Origin: Macrostomum lignano
Taxonomy: Eukaryota
Direction: 5' to 3'
Length of the DNA stretch: 64,000 bases
Assembly: GCA_002269645.1 (NCBI GenBank)
Contig: NIVC01000963.1
Coordinates: forward strand, 62,001-126,000
The notes below the pieces were generated by a model. That model was given only the letters and a program-made list of their open reading frames with translations, was not told the origin of the DNA and did not search any database. A program made the position numbers and the translations under genes. Of the stretch, positions 35,650-48,600 are shown piece by piece. Every line of letters starts with the position of its first letter. Positions within the stretch are counted from its first letter, which is position 1.

Positions 35650-36420
35650 GAGATAGGGGATGGAGGTGGCAGATGGGAGATAAGAGATGGTAGAAAAGAT
35701 ATTAGAGAAGGCAGATAAAGAATTACAGATGACAGGTAGGAGATGGGAGATAAGAGATGGCAGATGGAAGATTAGAGATGGCAGGGAGGAGATTAGAGAT
35801 GGCAGGGAGGAGATTAGAGATGGCAGGGAGGAGATTAGAGATGGCAGGGAGGAGATTAGAGATGGCAGGGAGGAGATTAGAGATGGCAGATGGAAGATTA
35901 GAGATGGCAGATGGAAGATTAGAGATGGCAGGGAGGAGATTAGAGATGGCAGATGGAAGATTAGAGATGGCAGGGAGGAGATGGAAGATTAGAGATGGCA
36001 GATGGAAGATTAGAGATGGCAGGGAGGAGATTAGAGATGGCAGATGGAAGATTAGAGATGGCAGGGAGGAGATTAGAGATGGCAGATGGAAGATTAGAGA
36101 TGGCAGGGAGGAGATGGAAGATTAGAGATGGCTGATAGGAGATTAGAGATGGCAGAAGATGGGAGATTAGAGATGGCAGAAAGTATATTAGAGAAGGCAG
36201 ATAGAAGATTATAGATGGCAGGTAGGAGATGGGAGATTAGAGATGGCAGTTGGGAGATTAGAGATGGCAGATGAGAGATTAGAGATGTCAAATATGAGAG
36301 GAGAGGTGGCAGATGAGAGATTAGAGATGTCAAATATGAGAGGAGAGGTGGCAGATGAGAGATTAGAGATGGCAAATGGGAGAGGAGAGACGGCAGATGG
36401 CAGATTGGCGATGGTAGATA
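35650..36420. repeat. 21-bp minisatellite (gagatggcagggaggagatta and variants)
   Basis: Tandem array, seen directly. Confidence 0.93.
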
Positions 36421-37179
36421 GCATATTAGAGTTGATAGTTAAAAGACTATAGGCGGGAGGCTAGACATGGAAGACGAGAGATTAGATGTAAATTGAACAC
36501 GAGAGAATATAGGCTTAGGAATAGACATAAGAGATCACAGACTAGAGATTGGAAACTAGGTAGTGGAGAGTAGAGGGGGGACTTAAAGATGGGAGACCAG
36601 AGATGTGAGACTAGAGATGAAAACCCTGGCTGAACTTGCCGCTTTGTAAATCTAGCAGCACAGGTTTGATCGAAATGATTACCTGACAAAATGAATTGAG
36701 CAGCTGAGTCTCCAGTGCTTTTCCGCTGATACCTGTCTGCAGAACTCGCTGCTCCAGTGAGTTCAGATCTGATCGGCTCAATAAATACTCAATCATGAAG
36801 CCCTCACTGAGATTGCACTGCTCACAGAGGGACACCCGCAAGAACTTTCGCCTGCACTGATCGACAGCCTCAATACAGATGCTCATTATATATTAATTAA
36901 ACGGCATGTTGCCCTCTCCAGACAGACCGGGGGTTGAGGCACCAGGAACTGTCTTGTGCAACTGAGCTCTGGTTTGTATATTTGAAACTCACCGCTTTCA
37001 GCTGATGAGCAAAGCTATTGCGTGCACTTCACACTGTCTAGTGGAAAGCAGGTAAATTTAGTTATGAGCGCAGCACTACTGATTGTAAGTAGTAACTCTT
37101 GTCCTGAGTGAGGATAATTTAGTAAAATAACTGAACTAAAATTCAGTGGGGGTCGGTCGCTCTGTCGAGTTCATCTGCC

Positions 37180-37540
37180 ACCTCCCTGCAATTTCCTGCC
37201 ATCTGCAATCTGCAATCTCCCTGCAACTCCCAGAATTTTCCTGCCATCTCCCTGCATGCCATTTGCAATCTCCCTGTCATCTCCCTGCATTTTCCAGCCA
37301 TCTGCCATCTCCTGCCATCTCCCTGCATGCCATCTGCAATCTCCTGCCATCTCCCTGCATGCCATCTGCAATCTCCTGCCATCTCCCTGCATGCCATCTG
37401 CCATCTCCCTGCCATCTCCCTGCATGCCATCTGCCATCTCCTGCCATCTCCTTGCATTTTCCGCCATCTCCCGTCATCCCCTGCCATCTGCCATCTCCTG
37501 CCATCTCCCTGCATTTTCCGCCATATCCCGTCATCTGCCA
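37180..37540. repeat. Minisatellite built on ctgccatctc/ccctgcatg
   Basis: Tandem variants. The core decamer is the reverse complement of that in 35650-36420. Confidence 0.85.
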
Positions 37541-37731
37541 TCTTTTTGCAGAGATGAAGCAAGCTAATTGAGCTGGATAAAGGGTATCCCAAAATATTTG
37601 GCTGCATCACCCTGCCATTAATAATCAGTTCTAAAGCAAGCATCTCTATTTTCTTTCCAAGTTTGGTCCCGAAAATATATTCAGTTCGAAGGCAAGTTAT
37701 TGAGCTCAAAAGTCTACGATTCAACCTTCAT

Positions 37732-38246
37732 TTCAACATGCATTTAGGCTGACTAAAACACACATTGCACTGAACCAATTGTCTTTTGGCCATAGACAGT
37801 CTCAGTGGGCTGCCGAGCGCTTCGACATGCATAGGCTGACTAAAACACACATTGCACTGAACCAATGGTCTTTTGGCCATAGACAGTCTCAGTGGGCTGC
37901 CGTGCGCTTCAACATGCATAGGCTGACTAAAACACACATTGCACTGAACCAATGGTCTTTTGGCCATAGACAGTCTCAGTGGGCTGCCGTGCGCTTCAAC
38001 ATGCATAGGCTGACTAAAACACACATTGCACTGAACCAATGGTCTTTTGGCCATAGACAGTCTCAGTGGGCTGCCGTGCGCTTCAACATGCATAGGCTGA
38101 CTAAAACACACATTGCACTGAACCAATTGTCTTTTGGCCATAGACAGTCTCAGTGGGCTGCCGTGCGCTTCAACATGCATAGGCTGACTAAAACACACAT
38201 TGCACTGAACCAATGGTCTTTTGGCCATAGACAGTCTCAGTGGGCT
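37732..38246. repeat. 87-bp tandem repeat, ~6 copies
   Basis: 29-aa periodicity in the ORF track, with near-identical units. Confidence 0.95.
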
Positions 38247-38939
38247 TAGGAAGTGAAAACTCGGTCTATCAGCACAGACTACCAGCATGTCGCTCAATCC
38301 AGCTCAACGTGGGCGGGTTAGGTGCAATACGACAGTTGTTTCTAACTCGCAGAAGACTTTCGCCTCTGCTTAGTTAAATTAATTTTGTACAACGCATTGC
38401 ACCTGACTCCTGAGCCCCCGAACAGGCTTTGGAATTTGGTTTGGTAACGGCGCCACTCACCTGCTCAATTCCATCGGCTCACTCTGGCAGCTTCTGGCTG
38501 TCTGCTGCATGCTGGCTGAGTCTCTGACTCAAAGTCTCAACTCTACTCTGAGCTCTTGTTTGGGGCCCGAACTCGCTTCGTATTTCAAGCATTTTCTGGC
38601 CTGGGGTTGGGGGCAGGGGTGGCTGCCGGCTCGGGCAGGTCTTGCCTGGGCTTGCCTTGAGCTCTGCTTTGTCCCAGATAGGAGTTTTGTAAGACACAGA
38701 TTGGCTGCAAGCAGCCTGCCCAGTCCGCTCGGCTTGTCAGACAATAAAATTTGAATGAATGACCAGCATTCCATTTCCAAATTTCAAGGAGAGTTCGATC
38801 AAAATTCTGGAGATGAACAACACTAACAACTTTGCTCAAAGCTCTCAGCAAGTTAAAAGGTTAAAAAATGTAGTTGGAGGGCACAAGCAGAGGCAGGGAC
38901 ATTGCCACAGATTTTATGGTGGGGTAACAACGGCTCGTT

Positions 38940-39375
38940 TGGCGCATTTCAGCGCCACAGACACTCATTTTAGCGCCACAGACACTCATTTTAGCGCCAC
39001 AGACACGCATTTTAGTGCCGCAGACATTCTTTTAGCGCCACAGAAACTCATTTCAGCGCCACAGACACTCATTTTAGCGCCACAGACACTCATTTTAGCG
39101 CCACAGACACTCATTTTAGCGCCACAGACACGCATTTTAGCGACACAGGCACTCACTTTAGCGCCACAGACACTCGTTTTCTCGCCACAAACACGCATTC
39201 TAGCGCCACGGACACTCATTTTAGCGCCACAGAAACTCATTTCAGCGCCGCACACTCACTTTAGCGCCACAGACACTCATTTTAGCGCCGCAGACACTCA
39301 CTTTGGCGCCACAGACATTCAATTTAGCGCCACAGACACTCATTTTAGCGCCACAGACACTCGTTTTAGCGCCAC
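38940..39375. repeat. 21-bp minisatellite (ttagcgccacagacactcatt)
   Basis: Tandem variants, seen directly. Confidence 0.93.
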
Positions 39376-40311
39376 ATAAAAGGCAACAAAACTTCGTAGA
39401 CTTGACAGCCCCACCGGTTCGGGCAGTGAGCATCGAGCTTGATATGAAAATAGCTCAGCACACGGCAGTGTCAAATGAAACTCTGTGACTCCAGATTGCT
39501 CTGTCTGATGCCCCCTGGCCAAGTAGCGCTCGGGCGAGTTGTGGCACGAAGCTCTGAGAGCTGCACTCACCGCCCCCCCAACCCCATCTTCATCTCAGCT
39601 AAGTTCGATGCCTTTTGTCTCCGTTCCTGCCACCGCTGGTTGAGCCCCCTGGCGGCGCGAATCTCATTGATCTGCCCTGCAGCTGCATGAGTTGTGGCTC
39701 TCTGTTGCCATCTGATATCTAATTGCCTTCTGCCTGCAGCAGCTAGGCACACCTGCCTGCTCTTCCCATGCTGACAGCGTAGCAACTATTGTTCGAGTTT
39801 TATACTGCTCAGTGTGTGGACTCGAATTCTTATACAGAGTTGTATAGCTCTTGTGGAGTTATTGCTCAGCTCAGACTCAGGCTGGCGCAAGCAGGCAGCT
39901 GAGCAAGGCGGGCCATTGTCTCCCCCTCCACTCTCTTACCCTCACAATGGCTGGCGGGTCGCTACGCTTCAGTGGCTTTTGAGCTGCCGCCCGAAGCGAA
40001 GCACGCAGGTGCCAGGCAAGTCTGAGTGAGTCAGCTCTGGCTAATGCGTTTTGCATTGAGCCTGCTCAGAATAGGAATGCCATTTGTTTAGTCCGAGTTT
40101 GCAAATGTGCCTGCCGCAGAGTCGCCACGCCTGTCCCTCATAGCGATCGCTCAACTCCATCTGTTTGCTGCTCAGAAGTATCCAGCAATCTGTGAAGATG
40201 CCGACCTCGCTCTGCCTGGTCTCCCGAGCTGCTGGTAGTTGAGGAAATCCGGCTGGGCTGGTCCGCTTCAGCTCTGATTCCATTGCTCTCTGTGTCTTAG
40301 CGTTCCCCATC

Positions 40312-40990
40312 TTCCCTCCTCTCTGCTCTCCCTCTCTCTCTCTCTCTTCCTCCCTCTCTCTCCCTCTCTCCCTCTCTTCCTTCTCTCTCTCCCTCTCCCT
40401 CTCCCTCTCCCTCCCTTTCTCTCCCTCTCTCTCTCCCTCTCCCTCCCTTTCTCTCCCTCTCTCTCCCTCTCCCTCTCCCTCCCTTTCTCTCCCTCTCTCT
40501 CCCTCTCTCCCTCTCTTCCTTCTCTCTCTCCCTCTCCCTCTCCCTCTCCCTCCCTTTCTCTCCCTCTCTCTCTCCCTCTCCCTCCCTTTCTCTCCCTCTC
40601 TCTCCCTCTCCCTCTCCCTCTCCCTCCCTTTCTCTCCCTCTCTCTCCCTCTCTCCCTCTCTTCCTTCTCTCTCTCCCTCTCCCTCTCCCTCTCCCTCCCT
40701 TTCTCTCCCTCTCTCTCTCCCTCTCCCTCCCTTTCTCTCCCTCTCTCTCCCTCTCCCTCTCCCTCCCTTTCTCTCCCTCTCTCTCCCTCTCTCCCTCTCT
40801 TCCTTCTCTCTCTCCCTCTCCCTCTCCTTCTCCCTCCCTTTCTCTCCCTCTCGCTCTCCCTCTCCCTCCCTTTCTCTCCCTCTCTCTCTCCCTCTCCCTC
40901 TCCCTCTCCCTCTCCCTCCCTTTCTTCCCTCTCTCCTTCGTTCTCCCTCTCTTCCTTCTCCCTCTCACTCCCTCCCTCTCTCTCCCTCTC
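40312..40990. repeat. CT-rich microsatellite/low-complexity tract
   Basis: Almost entirely pyrimidine, with (ct)n and ctccct units. Confidence 0.95.
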
Positions 40991-41867
40991 CCTAATCCCA
41001 CTTCAACGAGAGCATTAGCAACCAAGTTCAAAGACTCCATCTGGAGTTCAATACCCCTAAAAGTGAGCCGAAGGCTGCACTTGCACAGATCTCTAATTCT
41101 TCACAAGCATCAAAGCATCCCGCAGGACCTCCCAGTCCATCTTGGCGCACTTCTGCATTTGGCTGGGACAGGGGAGGGACGGAGAGGGCAGGGGAGGGGA
41201 CTGGACCTTCTTTTGACTTTTTGTTTGACTTTAGCAAAAAAATTGAGCATGGAAACAAGCAGAAAAAGACGAAAAAATGTCACAGGATGACAGGAAAGAC
41301 AACGGATGAAAGCCAGTTCATTCGATTCAAAAGTGATCATTTAGCACTGATCTTTGCGATGCAGTGAAGCTTGACAAGCAGTTAAAAGAAAAACTCTAAA
41401 GTGAACTTTTACACCTGTTCTTTTGATGGACCGCATTTACTTTTTTATCGGAGCAAAATTCTATGTTAAATAAAGCAAGCTTTATTAATTTCTTTTAAAT
41501 TAATGCACTTACTACCCTGGAGAATCATGCTACTGCCAACCCAAGTCAGTAGTGTGCATAGAATACTAGAATGAAAACATGAAACCTTCCACATTAAAGG
41601 TTGAAAACAAGCAGAGAGCAGGTGAGTGACGCGGGAAGGCCCTGCTAAACTAATTAATGACTGACAGCTTTAATTGGAGATAGAAATAGAACTTTTATCT
41701 CTGATGTGCTGCTTTTACATGTATTTGAGTACTTTAGAAACGCATCAATATTTTGCTCCGAGACAGCTGCAGGACATCTCGTACTTTTAATAATAGAATT
41801 CGGCATTTATTGAATAATTCACCCGGGCTGAACTTCAGGGCCTCAGACTCGTAAACACCACACATGT

Positions 41868-42170
41868 GACCCCACACTGTCTCCGGTCACCCCACACTGC
41901 CTCCAGTGATCCCACACTGTCTCCAGTCACCCCACACTCTATTTAGTCACTCCACACTCTATCTAGTCACTTCACACTCTATCTAATCACTCCACACTCT
42001 ATCTGGTCACTCCACACTCTATCTGGTCAACTCCACACTATCTAGTCACTCCAAACTCTATCTAATCACTCCACACTCTATCTAGTCACTCCAAACTCTA
42101 TCTAATCACTTCACCGTCCATAGTCACTCTACTGGCATCTAGTCACTCGAATACTCCATATATAGTCACA
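41868..42170. repeat. 20-bp minisatellite (cactccacactctatctagt)
   Basis: Tandem variants, seen directly. Confidence 0.9.
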
Positions 42171-42224
42171 CCGAGCTAATCATTTCACATCTACTCTTGT
42201 CACTCAACACACGCGACATTCCTG

Positions 42225-44795
42225 TCACTCCAGATCCAGCACCCGCAGTCGCAGGGTTTGCACAAATCCGCCCCATTCCTGAGGCGGAGGAGGCCGACGG
42301 CTCTCGGTCAACTCCATCGGCACCGCCGACTTCGCCGCTCCAGCCTGAGTTGCGGCCGCAGCCTCCGCATCACCGCTGCCTTCAGGCCGCCGCGATCGGC
42401 AATCGCACAGCCGGAGGCTCAAGCAGACGCTGTGCAGCAGCTCGAACAGCTCGAACAGAGTGAGCAGCGAGCAGCCCAGGTACAGGCCCAGGATGCCACC
42501 AACGTTGGACACAAAGTCGAACACGGTATAGGCGCGGCTGATGGTCACCACCGAGCCCATGGCGGCCGCTGTCTTGATGGTCACCTTCGACACCATGATG
42601 GACGCAAAGGAGGCAATGCGGGCCCGGCTGGCGGCCGTGTAGTTGGCCTCCATCTCGTCCAACAGCTTGGTGAGGACGTCGTATCCGGGATAAGTGAAGT
42701 TGCCCATTGTACGCCGCTTCGTGCTGGCGATGTCGGAGAACATCCGGCGCAGGACGGCGTCCTGGTAGCCGTTGAAGGACGGCCAACGAATGGAGTGGGT
42801 GGTGGCTGTGTAGTGGTTCTGGCGGCAGGGCCGGCGCGGGTTGCAGGAGGAGCGCACAGCCTCCAGGTCGTACTGGAAGTGCTGCCGCTTCATCGCCAGA
42901 CTGGCCTGCAGGAAGCTGCGCCTGTCCTGCTGGCTGGCGTTCAAGTAGCCACGGGCGTCCATGCACCTGCGGGGTTGAGTTGGGAGACCTGGAGCTATTG
43001 CTATTACAAAGATGCACTGAACCGCTCCTTAGCAGTAGCCAGCATCTACCACAGCTGAGAGAGGTTCTGTTCTTGGCCATAGACATTTAGGTCGCTTGAC
43101 TATACTTTATACAAGCTAGACTTACCCAGTTTGACAGTTTGACAGACTGACAAGTCTCTATTCTCTTCAGGGTCGCATGGTGACATTATTTGGAGTAAGC
43201 TATACACGCTTTGAAAGGCACACCAAAGAAACCAAGCAAGTTTGTGTAGCCTTGGTGCGAGCATTGACTCCTATCCTATAAGCCGTAGCCCATACTTCCC
43301 TAAACACCACCTGGAGGGTCTGCACAAAAGTTCACAATTCATAAGCGCTTAGAGGGATCTGGAATTTAAAGATGCTTTCTAATTCGATTTGTCAGTAGAA
43401 CAAATTAACCAGATGAACACCTGGGCAGGTAGCTGAACGCTTTAAGTCGAGGCGCCGTGGGTTCAATGCAGCCCAGCTTCTTGTACCTCATTAGCTCTTT
43501 GAATTGAATCCAGCATAGATGGTCGCTGTATTCGAACTCCTCGACCTGCTCCGTGTAGGGGTTGACGATTCGCGCCTTTGGCGACTCGGCAACGCACTCC
43601 ATGCCGTCCTGCATGGCCAGCTGAGACATCCGCAGGTTGATGCTGCACTCGCTGCCCGGCTCAATCAGGACTGCAGCGGCGGCGTCGGTCGGATAGTGGC
43701 CTGGCGGCACCATCTGCAGCGTCATGGCCGCCCCGCTGCGGATGGACATGCCGTACTCCGGGTCCCACATGGAGAAGCCGACGCCATCCTTGATGAGTGC
43801 GTATGGCACGCGGCCCAGGCGCGGGTGGGTCGGGTAAAGTCCAGCCATGGGCGCGTCGGAGAACAGGTAGACCGTTAAGAAGTTCCTCGGGTCCTCTAGA
43901 AAGGCTCGCCGCTCAGCCGTCAGCCGGATGTGGAAGCAGTTGAGCCGGCTCGGGCTGTGGAAGACCAGCAGCGAGCCGGTGGAGTTTCCGGCCAGCTCCA
44001 TGGCTCTGTTGTCGGAGTACAGGTCGTACAGGATGGCCTGCTGGAACTGGTGCGCGAACTCGTCGCTCAGCAGCCGGTAGGGCATGGTGCTGAGTAGGAT
44101 CCGGATGAAGGTCTCAGTCTCCTTGTCCGTCTGCGGAGTAAAGTTCAGCTGCCTGGCAATGGCGTGGATGAATCCGTTCACCTGGTCCGCTGTCTCATTA
44201 CTGACGTAGTTCCCATAGCTGCCAGACATTGCTGGCTGGGGGCACAAGAACAGTTCCGGGAACACCATGGGCACCGAGTCCTGCTGAATGCCCGTGGTCT
44301 CTGGACGGTCAATCAGCTTCAGCACGAAGCTGTACGCCTGAAATCAGTTTAGGCGGGTAGCAATTACAGCGAGCTTAATAGCCATTCCAAAGCGGTCCCG
44401 TGCCGATGCTTAATTTTCTAGGAATCAGTGTACGGGTACATACTTGGTTCAGCGTCGACTCAGATGGAATTCTCATTATAAATCTCCATGGCGATTGATT
44501 TAAAGTTTAACTTTGAAAACTCTGGATTAAGGCGCCGCTAATATGTGCTTTTATTCTACCTTTGGAATCTTGATTGAATCAGAAGCCGATTTACCTGATA
44601 GCCAAACACGCAGGCCAGGAGGCCAAAGAGCGCCAACCAGACTACCCGGACTCGAGCCGGCCGCTTCCCGGACACGAGACGCGGCAGCGCGTGCGCAGTC
44701 GACTCGGCGAGGGAGGCTTTTAGGCAGGCTGCGAGGACGCGGCGTTCGCCGGATTCACCGTCCCCTGCCTGCAGTTGGCTGACGTCCGATAGCAT
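42225..44795 (-). CDS. DEG/ENaC (amiloride-sensitive/ASIC-like) ion channel subunit; exons 44795-44595, 44337-43421, 42966-42225; ~619 aa
   Basis: Pre-TM1 ESTAHA, TM1 VVWLALFGLLACVFGYQ, post-TM1 FPELFLC, a Cys-rich loop, WPS, and TM2 SNVGGILGLYLGCSLLTLFELFE. Phase-compatible splice sites (0, 2) give 1860 nt. Confidence 0.9.
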
Positions 44796-45611
44796 TTCCC
44801 TGCTGCTCTGGTAGTGCAGGAATTTCGATATTATCGCTGCAGCTGCAGATGCAGACCAGAGGGCGGGTATTTGAATACCACGGGGAGAAAGTCAGAGCTG
44901 AGACCCGTGGGAATTAGGCCATCTGGTAGTGGCGCCATCCAGGTAAAGCTCGGGTGGACAGATTGAAGCACTTGTTTGTCTGGCTGGGGTATCCCAGACT
45001 CACTGTCAGAGCGGCACTGCAGGGCGTCAACGCATTTCCTCCGCAGCCAGAGGGAAAGAGATTGGGCCTTTCGGTCGCTTTAATTTTTACTTCATATGTA
45101 CTGTAAGCATAAAATACAGAATGTACGTTAAAATTTTGCGATGTCGTAAAATTGAAGCTTTGAAATACGAGTAACTGGTATTAAAGTGTACAAGCCCGTG
45201 TTGATCACTTTTGAAATTTGGTCTGGTTTGGTGGTTGTGTGACTGTGAACGAGTCTTAAATACATGTACGTCAATTGCATACGCACCCCTCTCTGCTCCT
45301 AGGCAGTAGGTATTTACTATACCACACTGCGACGTTACGGCCTCAACGGTTTTCTTATTGTTGGCTTCAACAGAACCCTTGTGCAGAATTGTTGTATATT
45401 AACAGAGAAGACACAGAGTATGCCCCCAAGCCCAATGTTTTGTTGTCTAAGGCACAACCTATTATTTTATAATAAAGTACGAGCTAGTTACAACATGAAT
45501 CCCAAGAGGAGTTCGTAACTACCGGAGCAATACGATAGCTCGAACCCCTAAGCGAACCGTTGTCTTCTTACTTAAATGTAGCAGCTCCACGTCGGAGCAG
45601 AAGACATAACA

Positions 45612-48600
45612 ATGGCGACGAGTACAAAAATCGGCGAGTTTGACGTGGCTAAACCGGATAAATGGGAAGCCTACGAAGAGCGGCTAGAACAATTTCTCGT
45701 CGTGAATAAAGTGACCGAGGAGGCACAAAAGCGAGCGAGCTTGATCACAGTGATAGGCAATGACTGTTATCAATTGCTACGCAACCTGCTATCGCCTAAG
45801 AAGCCAAAGGATGTGGCGTACGACGAACAAGTGAAGACGCTGAGGGAACACTTCAACCCAAAGCCGAAGATTGTCGTCGAGCGGTACAACTTCCACAGCA
45901 GAGTCCAACACGAAGGAGAAACAGTGAGTGACTTTGTTGCAAGTCTGCGGAGGTTGGCAGCCACGTGTGGTTTTGACAAGTTCCTGGAGGAGGCACTGAG
46001 AGACAGGTTCGTCGTTGGCCTCAGGAACAGGCTCATCCAGCAGCGATTGCTACAAGAAGAGACACTGACCCTGTCGGGTGAATTAACGCTAGCGACTGCG
46101 ATAGAAGCAGCAGAGCGAGGAGTCGTGACTATCACCTCCGCCACAGGAGTCGGTCATAGTGTCAATTTCTCGAAGGAAACTAACAAGCAATCAACTGCAG
46201 CGCAACATGGGAAAAGGAGCCGCGCCCAAGATGGATGTTTCCGCTGTAACGCGAAGGATCATTGGGCAAGGAGCTGTCCAAATAGGAATAAAACGTGCAG
46301 CAAATGCGGCCGAGTAGGACATCTTAGAGATGCATGCCGTACAAAGGACAAGGCAAAAGAGTCTGGAAGTGGCAGGTCGAAGCGATTCAACTCTTCAAAA
46401 CGTGGGAAGTCCGGTAAGGTGCATTACGCGCGGAATTTCGACAGTGAGTCAGAAAGTGAGGGTTCGGACTGCAGTGGTCGAGACAAGCATTCCGAGATCA
46501 GGACTGTGTTTGCTACAGGAATGGCTGGCTTTAGTGGATCAGCACCGTATATGTGCGAGTTAAATATAAATGGGCATTTTGTAAATTTCCAACTGGATAC
46601 TGGCGCAGACAAGACCCTTATTAACGAAAATACTGGCAAGAAAATTGGCTTAAGGTGGTCTAAATCTAATGTTAGACTGTCAAGTTACACAGATCATCTC
46701 ATACCAGTTCTGGGCGAAGCTACTGTTATCGTAACTAACTATCAGGAAAGACAGTATCAACTAACTGCGCTTGTTGTGAAGGGAGACAGAGTGAATCTTT
46801 TAGGTCGGGACTGGCTCTCTTCGTTGAAAATTGACTGGAGCAAATTTGCCCATGTGAAAACAACAACGTTGGTTCCACCTATCGAGCGGTTAATGAAGAA
46901 GTATGATCAAGTGTTTGCTGAAAGCCTTGGCACTATCAAAGGGTTAAAGGCCAGAATACTGTTGAAAGAAAACTTCATTCCAAAGTTTTGTAAGAGTCGA
47001 CCGGTGCCATTTGCGATCAAAAGCCTCATTGAAGAGGAGCTGGCGAATTTGCAAGCTCAAGGCATAATAAAAAAAGTGAGCGCATCAGACTTTGCATCTC
47101 CGATTGTCCCAGTTTTGAAGCGCGATGGAAAATCCGTAAGGATTTGCGCTGATTTTAAGAGAACCGTTAATCCCCAATTGGAAGTTGACAAGTACCCTCT
47201 GCCGAAACCGGAAGAAATTTTCGCAACTCTTAATGGTGGAAGAGTCTTCTCGAAATTGGATATTTCGCAAGCGTTTTTACAACTGGAACTGGAGGATTCG
47301 TGCAAAAAGTTTGCTACAATTAACACACATCTGGGTTTGTTCCAATACGAGCGACTAACAATGGGTCTGGCATCAGCCCCTGCACAATTTCAAGAAGCGA
47401 TGGAGAAAATTTTACAAGGCTTGGAAGTGGTTGTCTATATAGACGACATTCTTGTATCCGGCAGTTGTTTGGAAGACCACGACAAAAGACTGGAAGCTGT
47501 ATTAGAACGTCTTTTAGCTCACGGTGTGCATTTGAATCGGAAAAAGTGTGAATTCCGCCTAAATAGAATTGAATTCTTGGGCTACGTTATCGATGAATCG
47601 GGAATCCATCCCTCGAAAGAGAAAGTTCAGGCAATTCATGAAGCTCCAACACCAACTAACGTGTCAGAGGTTCGTTCCTTGATAGGAATGATCAGCTATT
47701 ATGGAAAGTTTATTCCAAACCTATCATCAATACTGGTACCTCTCAACAGACTATTGCACAAAGACGCAGAGTTTCATTGGAGTGAGGCGTGTTCGGCAGC
47801 ATTCGAGAAAGTGAAGGCAACTCTAACTTCTGAGCGTGTTCTGGCTCATTTTGATCCTAAGAAGCAGCTTGTATTGCAAACGGACGCCTCCAAATATGGA
47901 ATCGGGTGTGTCATCTCACATTTGATGCCCAATGGCGAGGAAAGGCCTGTAGCATTTGCTTCGAGAACTCTAACAAAACCTGAGATCAACTACTCTCAAC
48001 TAGAGAAAGAAGCGCTGGCCATCGTATTCGGAGTTAAAAGATTTCACCAATATCTTTTTGGACATCATTTTATACTAGTGACTGACCATAAACCCCTACT
48101 GACCATTTTTGGAGATAAGAAGGACATTCCTAGCATAACAGCAAGCAGACTTCAGCGCTGGGCCGTGTTGCTTTCTGCCCATCAGTATACCATCAAATTC
48201 AGAAGAACAGAGGATCATTCTAATGCTGACGCACTTTCACGTCTCCCAGTGCCTGGTAATATCAGCAAGGTTGATCGTGTCTTGGAGGTCAGGCTAGAAA
48301 TGCTACCAGTCAACGCAGAAACAATACGAACCGAGACACAGAAAGATTCACAGCTTCAGAGAGTTGTTCGATACTGTCAAAATGGTTGGCCAGACACCTG
48401 TGAGCAAGAGCTGGAACAGTACTTCAGGAAGCGGAACGAGTTTTGCATTGAGCAAGGTGTGCTATTTTGGGGAGTAAGAGTAATTATTCCAAGAAGCTTA
48501 CAACAGGTTGTGTTAGAACTGCTTCATGATGGACATCCAGGAATTGTTGCAATGAAATCCATAGCTAGACTACATGTATGGTTCCCAGGAATCGACAAGG

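Noticed and set aside
40297-41040. RE/RG-rich ORFs here and at 4476-4799, 23910-24323, 13277-13552 and 21481-21858
   Set aside because: They are translations of micro- or minisatellites.
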